DNA from: an uncultured Clostridium sp.
GTDB lineage: Bacteria > Bacillota > Clostridia > Oscillospirales > CAG-272
Assembly: GCA_964564255.1 (NCBI GenBank)
Contig: CAZMAZ010000003.1
Span: 1-33,894 of the forward strand
DNA: 33,894 nucleotides
Direction: 5' to 3'
Shown: positions 23,934 through 31,711 of the stretch, in pieces
How positions within the stretch are numbered: the stretch's first letter is position 1
How the letters are laid out: each line of letters opens with the position of its first letter
Translations under genes and position numbers: made by a program
The notes under the pieces: model-generated
Told to the model about the DNA's origin: nothing
Database searches by the model: none
The model's input: only the letters and a program-made list of their open reading frames with translations

Positions 23934-25150
23934 AGCAAAAAATTCAGATGAAAACACCGCTGGTAGAGATGGACGGCGATGAAATGACACGTATCCTTTG
24001 GAAGATGATCAAGGAAGAACTCTTGCTTCCCTATATTGATCTCAAAACACTATACTTTGATTTGGGACTTCCCAAAAGAGATCAAACAGCAGACCAAATT
24101 ACCATGGATGCGGCACTTGCCGCAAAAAAATACGGTGTTTCCGTCAAATGTGCAACCATCACGCCGAATAAACAACGCGTGGAAGAATACGGGTTACACG
24201 ATATGTGGAAATCCCCCAACGCCACAATTCGCGCAGTGCTTGACGGTACGGTATTTCGAACGCCCATTCTGTTTTCGCATGTCAAACCGACCGTGCGTAC
24301 ATGGAAAAAGCCAATCACTGTCGCACGTCACGCATACGGTGATGTGTACAAAGCATCCGAATACCGTGTCCCCACGGGTGGCAAAGCAGAACTGCTTTTT
24401 ACAGATAAGGACGGACGGGAATGCTACCGTCAAACTGTTTTTGACTTTATGGGAGCGGGTGTTTTACAAGCACAATACAACAAAGACGATTCCATCCGTT
24501 CTTTTGCACACGCCTGTTTTGAATATGCCCTTTCTGTCGGACAGGATCTTTGGTTTTCTACCAAAGATACCATTTCCAAGCAATACGATCAAACCTTCAA
24601 ATTGATTTTTGAAGAAATATATGAAAAAGAATATAAGGATGCTTTTGAAAAAGCAAATATCACCTATTTTTACACCCTGATTGACGATGCTGTCGCACGG
24701 GTTGTGCGCAGTGAGGGCGGTTTTGTTTGGGCTTGCAAAAATTATGATGGCGACGTAATGAGCGATATGATTTCCACTGCATTCGGTTCTCTCGCCATGA
24801 TGACCTCGGTTCTGGTGTCCCCCGACGGAAAATATGAATACGAAGCAGCGCACGGGACTGTCACCCGTCACTACTATCGCTATTTGCGCGGCGAAGAGAC
24901 ATCGACCAATCCCATGGCTACCATTTTTGCCTGGACGGGCGCATTGCGCAAGCGCGGTGAGCTGGACGGTTTACCAGCATTGTGCTCTTTTGCAAACAGC
25001 CTTGAGGCGTCCTGCTTGGAAACACTGGAGGACGGTATTATGACATCGGACCTTGCAAATATTGCCGAAGCGGGCAGTGTACGGGAACGCGCCGATTCGC
25101 TTACCTTTATCCGTGCCATTCGCGCCCGACTCGAAACGCATCTTGTCTAA
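23930..25150 (+). CDS. icd: NADP-dependent isocitrate dehydrogenase (eukaryote-like homodimeric type)
   Basis: The sequences [27 protein letters not shown]...CATITPN...NGTVRN-like region...HGTVTRHYR are close to the IDH1/IDH2-type family. The protein is 406 aa. Confidence 0.92.
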   Translation: MKQKIQMKTPLVEMDGDEMTRILWKMIKEELLLPYIDLKTLYFDLGLPKRDQTADQITMDAALAAKKYGVSVKCATITPNKQRVEEYGLHDMWKSPNATIRAVLDGTVFRTPILFSHVKPTVRTWKKPITVARHAYGDVYKASEYRVPTGGKAELLFTDKDGRECYRQTVFDFMGAGVLQAQYNKDDSIRSFAHACFEYALSVGQDLWFSTKDTISKQYDQTFKLIFEEIYEKEYKDAFEKANITYFYTLIDDAVARVVRSEGGFVWACKNYDGDVMSDMISTAFGSLAMMTSVLVSPDGKYEYEAAHGTVTRHYYRYLRGEETSTNPMATIFAWTGALRKRGELDGLPALCSFANSLEASCLETLEDGIMTSDLANIAEAGSVRERADSLTFIRAIRARLETHLV

Positions 25151-25171
25151 CCCTATAATTAAGGGCTATCT

Positions 25172-25211
25172 AAAAAACTGCAACCACGAAATGCCGTGAT
25201 TGCAGTTTTTT
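25172..25211. terminator. Bidirectional terminator between icd and the convergent lipoprotein gene
   Basis: An 11-bp stem with one mismatch pairs CTGCAACCACG with CGTGATTGCAG. It is flanked by A6 on the 5' side and T6 on the 3' side. Confidence 0.6.
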
Positions 25212-25247
25212 ATTATCATTTACTTCTCGTTTTCCATTTTACGGCGA

Positions 25248-26066
25248 TCAGCCTAAGTCATCTTCATAATAGCTGACGTCTTCTCCGTTCGGAAGACCTG
25301 GCCAATGCTCCTCCAGCGTGCCGATATATTCATAACGGTAATTTGTATCGCCATCAAGCGATGCGCCCTCATGCATGACATAGTAGCCGGGTGCAAGCCC
25401 CTCGGTAGAGGTCCAAATAAAGATGTGCGTGCCGTCAAGATTGGAAACCGCATCCAATCTGTATAAATCGGAGTAGTAGGCATACCCGTGCGGGTCGTTA
25501 TCGTCATCATAGGTTACGCCGTAATTAAATACAAGATCGATGTTGGCAAGATTGTAGTAAATTCTGTAAAACTCGCCATCGTCGGGAATGGTTACCTTTA
25601 AGCAAAGCCCGATGTCGGGTTGCCCCTTGATGGAAATATCGCCGCCGATTCCTTCAATATCGTCAATGGCTTCTTGCAAACTTCCGTAAGTAACACCGGA
25701 CACCATGAAAATTTCATCAAAGTAGTCCGTAAAATCGAATCTGCCATCGTAGCAATCGGTTTTTCCGTCGGCAGACGTGCCGTCAACCTTAACCAACTTT
25801 TCGTATGGATCAACACCGTCAATCAAATTGTCGCCTGCCGTAACACCATCAATATCTGTCGTAATCTCATCCGTCGTCACCTCTTCCGGTTCTTTTGTAG
25901 TAGCTTCTTCTCCGGTTGTTGTTTCTCTTTCGATTATATCTGTCGTTTTTTCTTCGGCACTCGTGGTCGTTTCTGTCCCTTTGTTCTGTCCGCTGCAGGA
26001 AATGGCGGCAATGCAAAGCAAAGCCGTCAAAAGCAACGAAAGCAGTCGCATTTGCGTCTTCTTCAT
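25248..26066 (-). CDS. Hypothetical lipoprotein with a Thr/Glu-rich linker
   Basis: The signal peptide has a lipobox (LLTALLCIAAISC). A linker rich in T and E of about 55 aa follows. I did not recognise the C-terminal domain of about 190 aa. Confidence 0.6.
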   Translation of the reverse strand: MKKTQMRLLSLLLTALLCIAAISCSGQNKGTETTTSAEEKTTDIIERETTTGEEATTKEPEEVTTDEITTDIDGVTAGDNLIDGVDPYEKLVKVDGTSADGKTDCYDGRFDFTDYFDEIFMVSGVTYGSLQEAIDDIEGIGGDISIKGQPDIGLCLKVTIPDDGEFYRIYYNLANIDLVFNYGVTYDDDNDPHGYAYYSDLYRLDAVSNLDGTHIFIWTSTEGLAPGYYVMHEGASLDGDTNYRYEYIGTLEEHWPGLPNGEDVSYYEDDLG

Positions 26067-26129
26067 GGTGGTATTATCTCCCTATCTGTTTTGTAGAATT
26101 TAGGAAAGAAATTCCTTCCCGATATATCC

Positions 26130-26158
26130 ATTGTAGCATAAAACAAAAATGATGTCAA
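26130..26158 (-). promoter_or_regulatory. Sigma-A-type promoter for the lipoprotein gene
   Basis: The minus strand reads TTGACA tcatttttgttttatgc TACAAT, with a 17-nt spacer and an extended -10 TG. Confidence 0.5.
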
Positions 26159-26234
26159 CCGTTTGCGCGAACAAAAATGTAAATCGTACAAAAGTCACAA
26201 AGAGTCAAGAATTTGTTTGTACAATATGACCGAT

Positions 26235-27203
26235 TTATTTTTCTTCCCGCGTTATCTCTCCGGAAAACAAACAGTCATCCAAATAACAACGTATGGAATT
26301 TTCCAGCCAATAAGCAAAGACCGTCCCGGGACAACGACTTTCATAGGCTTTCATTTTCAAATACAGAGGCTTCCCGTCCCCGACATCGTGCCAAATATCG
26401 GTGAAAACAAATCGATACCTCCCTGCCGTCATTTCATGCTCCGCGAAAGCAAAAGCGTCCCGACAAACAAGTGTAATCTTATCCCGATGCGGAAATTGCG
26501 GCAAAATATGGGTTGCAAACAAATCAATAACCTCGGGACTTCGCTCCACCACGGTTACCGATGTAACTTCCTCCTTTTGTGAAGCAAGATATGCAAAATA
26601 ACCAAGCCCCAAGCCATAGGTCAAAACCCGTCCGTTTGCCAATTTTACCGCTTCGGCAGTGGTTACCATTTCATTGGGCATCAGCGTCATCCACTCTGTC
26701 CCGTTCTCCAGCACAGCGGGAAAAGCAAAGGGCTGTGTAAAAAAACCGATCTGCGGAATCATGCGTCTGTCATCGGTTACCAAAAAATCATCGCAAACAA
26801 ATGCTTCCCCGGGTTGCAGAGTTCGATGCGTTAATTCCCAATTTCCCATTTTCAAATGCGGAATTCGAATTTGGCTGTAGTACGGGTCATTTTGATAACG
26901 GTCAATCGGTTGCTCGCAAATCATGGGCAAAAAATAATTTTGAAAAAAAGCACGGTCCTGCCCCACCGATTCCAGCCCGCAAAGAAGAGCCAGACACTCT
27001 GCGTAGGCGCGCGAAAGACTACTGCCTGTTGATTCTGCAATCTCTCGCACAGATGCAAGATCAATCGCGTCCGGTGCAACATTTAAGAAAAAGCTGACCA
27101 ATCGCAAAATCTCACTGTTATATGACGGAATTGTTTGCGGTAACAACCGTTTCCGCGCACGATATTCCATGGCGGCTCGCGCATCAAAGTCCATCATTTG
27201 CAT
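26235..27203 (-). CDS. Uncharacterised protein with a class I SAM-methyltransferase / spermidine-synthase-like fold
   Basis: VLTYGLGLGYFAYLA...VTVVERSPEVIDL...FVFTDIWHD resembles the GxGxG nucleotide-binding motif plus the acidic motifs of the fold. A GGAGGAG ribosome-binding site lies 7 nt before the ATG at 27201-27203. The gene overlaps the tadA stop by 10 nt. Confidence 0.55.
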   Translation of the reverse strand: MQMMDFDARAAMEYRARKRLLPQTIPSYNSEILRLVSFFLNVAPDAIDLASVREIAESTGSSLSRAYAECLALLCGLESVGQDRAFFQNYFLPMICEQPIDRYQNDPYYSQIRIPHLKMGNWELTHRTLQPGEAFVCDDFLVTDDRRMIPQIGFFTQPFAFPAVLENGTEWMTLMPNEMVTTAEAVKLANGRVLTYGLGLGYFAYLASQKEEVTSVTVVERSPEVIDLFATHILPQFPHRDKITLVCRDAFAFAEHEMTAGRYRFVFTDIWHDVGDGKPLYLKMKAYESRCPGTVFAYWLENSIRCYLDDCLFSGEITREEK

Positions 27204-27712
27204 ATCAAATCTCCTCCGTCAGTTTGATTTGAAGCCCGCTTTTGCGCAAAAAAGCGTTGTAATTGCTCTCTGCATGTCTGTTCAAGCACACCGCTTTCTA
27301 CCGAAATGGCAGGCGTCCCCGGTATTTTTTGCAAATTAAAAACACTGCCAAATGCACCCGCGTTCGGGTCTTTTACCCCAAATACCACGCGTTTGATTCT
27401 TGCCGATGCAACGGCTCCCGCGCACATGGGACAAGGCTCCATGGTTACATAAAGCGTACACCCGTCAAGGCGCCATCTGCCAAGCGCCGTGCAGGCGGCG
27501 CGTATGGCATTGATTTCGGCATGCCCGCTGGCATCGTGCAAGCGCTCCTTGGTATTGTATCCGCTTGCCAAAATACTGCCGTCCGCATCACGCACAATTA
27601 CCGCACCAACCGGAATGTCTCCTTGCGCAGCGGCATTTTCTGCACACGCCAATGCCGCTCGCATGCAGGCCTCGGATTCTGTCACAGACTTTTCTTTTTT
27701 ATGGGTCAACAT
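27194..27712 (-). CDS. tadA: tRNA adenosine(34) deaminase
   Basis: CDA zinc motifs HAEINAI and PCPMCAGA are present, along with DIPVGAVIV. I set the start at the ATG at 27710-27712, one nt after the upstream stop. The Met at 27664 is an alternative start. Confidence 0.88.
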   Translation of the reverse strand: MLTHKKEKSVTESEACMRAALACAENAAAQGDIPVGAVIVRDADGSILASGYNTKERLHDASGHAEINAIRAACTALGRWRLDGCTLYVTMEPCPMCAGAVASARIKRVVFGVKDPNAGAFGSVFNLQKIPGTPAISVESGVLEQTCREQLQRFFAQKRASNQTDGGDLICK

Positions 27713-27713
27713 G

Positions 27714-28691
27714 TCAATATGCCTGCCTGTAGGTATCTTCAAAACAGTTTCGAATGCCGTTTGTACATCCGCTTTCCGGCAATCCATGTCCTATTTCAAA
27801 TGCCTGCAAAATCGCACCGAAAACCGGCGGCGTGCCTTCATCCTTTAGGGTAATCGGCGCAGTTACATACTGTTTGATTGCCTCTTGCCAACACGAACCG
27901 AAGTTCCGGTTGACACCGCCGCCGAGAACAACCGAAAAAGGTTTTTGCAAAATACGGTAAGCCGCATCCAGCATTCGCGCCGCTTCCTTTGCATTGCGCA
28001 TCAAAATCTGTTTACAAACCGCATCTCCGCACCGAACCCCGTCGGAGACAAGCGGCGCAAAAGAAGCAATATAAGGTTTTCCATACGTGTAAATATCGCT
28101 AATCAATTCCCATACCTGCTTTCCCTTCCGCTTGAAAATCAAATCGGTCAAACAGGTTTCTTCTCCACGCCCGTCATATGCCATAAGCGCCGCTTCCAGT
28201 GCGTCACGTCCCAATGTATATCCGTTGCCGCCGTTGTCAAGCAGGTATCCCCATCCGCCGATCCGCATCAATTCTCCGTTTTGACGAACAAAGCAAGAGG
28301 AACCGGTACCGCAAATCAAGCAGGCACCGTCCGCAAATAACACCCCCGCATTTAAAAGATTAACGGCATCGGTATCGACTGCAATAGTAGCTTGCGGCAA
28401 ATATGCACGTAATCCCGCCGTCAATTCTTCCCGATAATTCAACGCACCGGAGATGCCCGCAAACAGACTGATGCGGTCTTCTTCCGGATTTGCATCGCCG
28501 TAACGCAACAAAAGATCAATCAGTTCACGCAGAGTAGCCAACGCATTCTCAATGCCGACATCGTTGGGATTGGTTCCGGGGGCAGTATAGGAAAACAAAA
28601 CCTCCCCCATTCCGTTGCAGATGGCACCTTCGGTTTTGGTTCCGCCGCCGTCAATACCGATATAGTATGTAGAAATAAAATTGTATGACAT
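27714..28691 (-). CDS. BadF/BadG/BcrA/BcrD-type ATPase (N-acetylglucosamine kinase-like)
   Basis: YYIGIDGGGTKTEGAI is the phosphate-1 motif. GTGSSCF and LDNGGNGYTLG are ASKHA-fold motifs. The ribosome-binding site is GGGAGGAA. Confidence 0.8.
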   Translation of the reverse strand: MSYNFISTYYIGIDGGGTKTEGAICNGMGEVLFSYTAPGTNPNDVGIENALATLRELIDLLLRYGDANPEEDRISLFAGISGALNYREELTAGLRAYLPQATIAVDTDAVNLLNAGVLFADGACLICGTGSSCFVRQNGELMRIGGWGYLLDNGGNGYTLGRDALEAALMAYDGRGEETCLTDLIFKRKGKQVWELISDIYTYGKPYIASFAPLVSDGVRCGDAVCKQILMRNAKEAARMLDAAYRILQKPFSVVLGGGVNRNFGSCWQEAIKQYVTAPITLKDEGTPPVFGAILQAFEIGHGLPESGCTNGIRNCFEDTYRQAY

Positions 28692-28726
28692 GAAAAGATT
28701 CCTCCCTCAAGATATTTTTTGTTTTA

Positions 28727-28767
28727 ATCAAAAGGTTCCCACAAGGAAAAAGTACCGTGTGGGAACC
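28727..28767 (-). terminator. Rho-independent terminator
   Basis: A 10-bp perfect stem pairs GGTTCCCACA with TGTGGGAACC. On the minus strand it is followed by TTTTGATT. Confidence 0.65.
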
Positions 28768-28779
28768 GAAAAAGAATAA

Positions 28780-29451
28780 TCAGGAATAATAAAACTGATC
28801 GATATTGGTTTTCACATAACCGAGCATACGGCTCTTGATATACTTGGCATTTTCGGTTACAAGTGCTCGAATGGGTTCAATATCTTCTCCGCAGGTTTCG
28901 CGAATATCCGCAATCTGTGCTCCCATTTCGCTATCACCGTTCATGGCAAGCGCATCTTCCAGCGAGGCAATCACTTCCTTACTCGAATGCGTAAACAGCT
29001 GCCAAACCCCTTGGTTATCCACTGCCGCAAGATCATAAAGCATTTTGTACGCAACAAGCGGCTTGAAAAGCCCTTCATCCCCCAGAATATTTTCGTCACT
29101 GCCAATGATATTCTCCGTCCACATTTGCACGGCATTTTCCGAAATCATCTGCAGAAAAGACGACATTCTCTTATCGATACGTGAGAATTTTAATTCTCCA
29201 ATCGGAATGTTGCGTTCGGTCTCCTGATCATAGAGGAAGAAATTTTTCTCTTCCACAGTCAAGTCCCGCGTCAGTACCATAAGTAACACACCGATTACAA
29301 CCATTAAAATCGCAATCAGAATTTCCATAACCCGATTCAATCCGCCACTGTTGGCAACACCGAAAATAATCAGGCAAATTGCACCAATCATCAGCAATAC
29401 ACCGACACCGAGCATTATAGTCGGCAAATACTTTTTTATTTTGGAATTCAT
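28780..29451 (-). CDS. Hypothetical membrane protein (two N-terminal TM helices plus a soluble domain)
   Basis: 223 aa from the ATG at 29449-29451, which is preceded by AAGGAGGA with a 7-nt spacer. The ORF-track start at 29457 is a TTG. I recognised no family. Confidence 0.6.
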   Translation of the reverse strand: MNSKIKKYLPTIMLGVGVLLMIGAICLIIFGVANSGGLNRVMEILIAILMVVIGVLLMVLTRDLTVEEKNFFLYDQETERNIPIGELKFSRIDKRMSSFLQMISENAVQMWTENIIGSDENILGDEGLFKPLVAYKMLYDLAAVDNQGVWQLFTHSSKEVIASLEDALAMNGDSEMGAQIADIRETCGEDIEPIRALVTENAKYIKSRMLGYVKTNIDQFYYS

Positions 29452-29531
29452 ATACAAATCCTCCTTATCGGAAGCGCAGTCGTCCCGCCTTGTTCGGGCA
29501 CTTACCGGTACGCTGTAAATCTCTTTCTTTT

Positions 29532-29560
29532 ATTATAACACGCCCGATTGAAAATTGCAA
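29532..29560 (-). promoter_or_regulatory. Sigma-A-type promoter
   Basis: The minus strand reads TTGCAA ttttcaatcgggcgtgt TATAAT, with a 17-nt spacer and an extended -10 TG. Confidence 0.5.
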
Positions 29561-29626
29561 GGGATTTGACAAAAAATTATTGCCAAACAAGCATTTTCTT
29601 ATCCCGTTTACTTGCAGGGAGGCTTC

Positions 29627-29663
29627 CAAAAGCAGGCAGAGCGTTTCTGCTCTGCCTGCTTTA
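29627..29663 (-). terminator. Rho-independent terminator after the solute-binding protein gene
   Basis: A 12-bp perfect stem pairs AGCAGGCAGAGC with GCTCTGCCTGCT (29631-29642 / 29649-29660). On the minus strand it is followed by TTTTGG. Confidence 0.6.
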
Positions 29664-29700
29664 TCATTCTTTATACTGTTTTGCGCTCAAAAACTAATAT

Positions 29701-31188
29701 TCATTGTTCAACGCCGTAAGCATGCAGGAATTGCCTGAGTTTGCTTTTCAGTTTGCTGTCATTGCATTTAGACGCCAAACGTCCGCAAGAGGTTTGTTTG
29801 CCGTCCAACGCTACACGGAACATAACAGATGCATTATGATCTAACGGAAAATAATGCACATAGCCGAAATCGTATATACGGTGACGGAAAACAATGTCCA
29901 CCATTTCCGCGGATTCCGGGTCATTGACATTTTTAGCTTTACAAATCTTTTCTACCAAAACATCGGTCACCAGATTGTAAGAAGCATTCCCGAGAGCTTC
30001 CAAAACAGCACCCACCATATCGGGATTTGTTACCGAGAGAGGTACGCACACCATGTCGGCGGCACCGTTTACAAAGCTGAGGTATTCATCGGTTTCTACA
30101 TATTTCGGTTGCGGAAGCACACCGAATTTATCCGGCATATCCTTGAATTTGGTATTGGATACCGTGCTCAAAGAACAAGAGGTGAAAAGCGCACGTCCGT
30201 CCGTGAAAACATCAAACGGGTTGCCTGCAACGTCAACATTGGTTTCATAATAAGAATTATTGGTAATAAACAGTTGGTAAACCTGTTCGTAAACATCCTC
30301 GATTTTCTGAACGTCCGCTTCGTAGTAAGGAATATTATCGTCGTCCTTGGCAAAAACCGTAAGACCGGAACCGTAGAAGAAGTTAAACGGGCTGTCAAGA
30401 TGCCAGCTGGTCAATCCGTAAAAATCGTGTTCCGTATCGATAACACCGTCTCCGTTCTTATCGGTAGTCACATTTTCGGTGTAGGTAATCATTTTGCTGA
30501 TGGTCCATTCGCCGTTTCTTCCCAGGTCATACAAGGTATCGCACCCAATCTGAAGATCGGTAGCCTTTGCCTTGTTGAAAGCAATACAAGAGGAAACCAG
30601 CATGTTTGCGGGGAGCATATCGCCTGCCGTCATGTAGAGCGTATCTCCAATCTGGAAGGCTTTGTCCACATTTTTATCCCACCAAGGAGAATCGGGATTG
30701 TAATACTGCAAATCGTACAGGTTCATCAGTTTACCGTCCATGGCAAGCGCCGATGTACCGAACACCATTTGCGTTAAAACAATCTGATAATCATCCGATC
30801 CGCCGAGTACGGCGGTTTTTACATCGGTATTGACATCATCATACTTTTCTCTGAGAATGCCTTTGATTTCAACGCCGAGACGTTCTTCCACATGCAGATT
30901 GCGATAATACATGGCATCGGAAAGCGGCTCACTGTTGTTTGCATCATCCGGCGCGATGTCTTTACCTGTAAACCCAATCATGGTAATGGATCCTTTCTTG
31001 CCGGACTCTTCAAAATTCAAGCCGCCGGGCAGTTCGTCGCCGGTCCAGCCGTCGGGAAGTTCATTGTTTTGATCGGATGTGGTGTCTTGCGAATTGGGAT
31101 CGTCCCCTTGCGCACAGGAAATGCAGAGGGCGGAAAGCATCAAAATCGCAAGCAGAAGTGCTAAAAACCGTTTCATTGAGCTATGCAT
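29701..31188 (-). CDS. Extracellular solute-binding lipoprotein (ABC-transporter SBP-like)
   Basis: The signal peptide has a lipobox (LLAILMLSALCISC). The size (about 495 aa) and composition are typical of large carbohydrate SBPs of Clostridia. The family call was made by eye only. Confidence 0.55.
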   Translation of the reverse strand: MHSSMKRFLALLLAILMLSALCISCAQGDDPNSQDTTSDQNNELPDGWTGDELPGGLNFEESGKKGSITMIGFTGKDIAPDDANNSEPLSDAMYYRNLHVEERLGVEIKGILREKYDDVNTDVKTAVLGGSDDYQIVLTQMVFGTSALAMDGKLMNLYDLQYYNPDSPWWDKNVDKAFQIGDTLYMTAGDMLPANMLVSSCIAFNKAKATDLQIGCDTLYDLGRNGEWTISKMITYTENVTTDKNGDGVIDTEHDFYGLTSWHLDSPFNFFYGSGLTVFAKDDDNIPYYEADVQKIEDVYEQVYQLFITNNSYYETNVDVAGNPFDVFTDGRALFTSCSLSTVSNTKFKDMPDKFGVLPQPKYVETDEYLSFVNGAADMVCVPLSVTNPDMVGAVLEALGNASYNLVTDVLVEKICKAKNVNDPESAEMVDIVFRHRIYDFGYVHYFPLDHNASVMFRVALDGKQTSCGRLASKCNDSKLKSKLRQFLHAYGVEQ

Positions 31189-31237
31189 GGTAACAGTTTC
31201 CTTTCTTTGCGTATACTTTTACCCCTTGATTATAACA

Positions 31238-31266
31238 TCATTCCCTGCACTTGTCAACAAGAAAAT
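31238..31266 (-). promoter_or_regulatory. Sigma-A consensus promoter for the SBP gene
   Basis: The minus strand reads TTGACA agtgcagggaatgatgt TATAAT, with a 17-nt spacer and an extended -10 TG. Confidence 0.5.
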
Positions 31267-31339
31267 GTCCTGAAACTTGATTTTTGTTGGTGTAAAACAG
31301 TTTCCGTTGTCTTTTTTTGTGCATGTTGCACAATTGCAA

Positions 31340-31645
31340 TTAGATTTTGGTCTGCGCGTCGGGAATATCCTTGTCGTTTGCGGTTTCGTCGGTCAAAACA
31401 ACATCTTCTTCAACCTGCTTGCCTGCGTTTTCGTCGATTCCGAGCGTCTTTGTAACCTTTTTTCTGAGTTTTCTCCACCAAACCACAAAGAACGCACCGC
31501 CCGCAACCACAATGCCGATTAATGCCTGCAAGCCGTAGCTGACAACACTGGGTTCCAAATACGCACTTGCCTGCAGAGTAAACATAATAACAACCGCAGT
31601 TGCAAAATAAAGCAAAAACGAAATCTTTTTCAATCCTTTTTTCAT
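31340..31645 (-). CDS. Small two-TM membrane protein, function unknown
   Basis: 101 aa. The ribosome-binding site is AAAGGAGAAG. Two hydrophobic helices are followed by a charged tail. Confidence 0.55.
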   Translation of the reverse strand: MKKGLKKISFLLYFATAVVIMFTLQASAYLEPSVVSYGLQALIGIVVAGGAFFVVWWRKLRKKVTKTLGIDENAGKQVEEDVVLTDETANDKDIPDAQTKI

Positions 31646-31711
31646 GGTATCTTCTCCTTTGTTATTTTTCTTTTTGGCGATTCTTTAGGGAACCACCGAT
31701 TTATTCGGCAT

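Noticed and set aside
29854-30777. A 307-aa plus-strand ORF.
   Set aside because: It is entirely antisense to the SBP-like gene. It has no ribosome-binding site, and its Ile/Val/Arg-rich composition is typical of a shadow frame.
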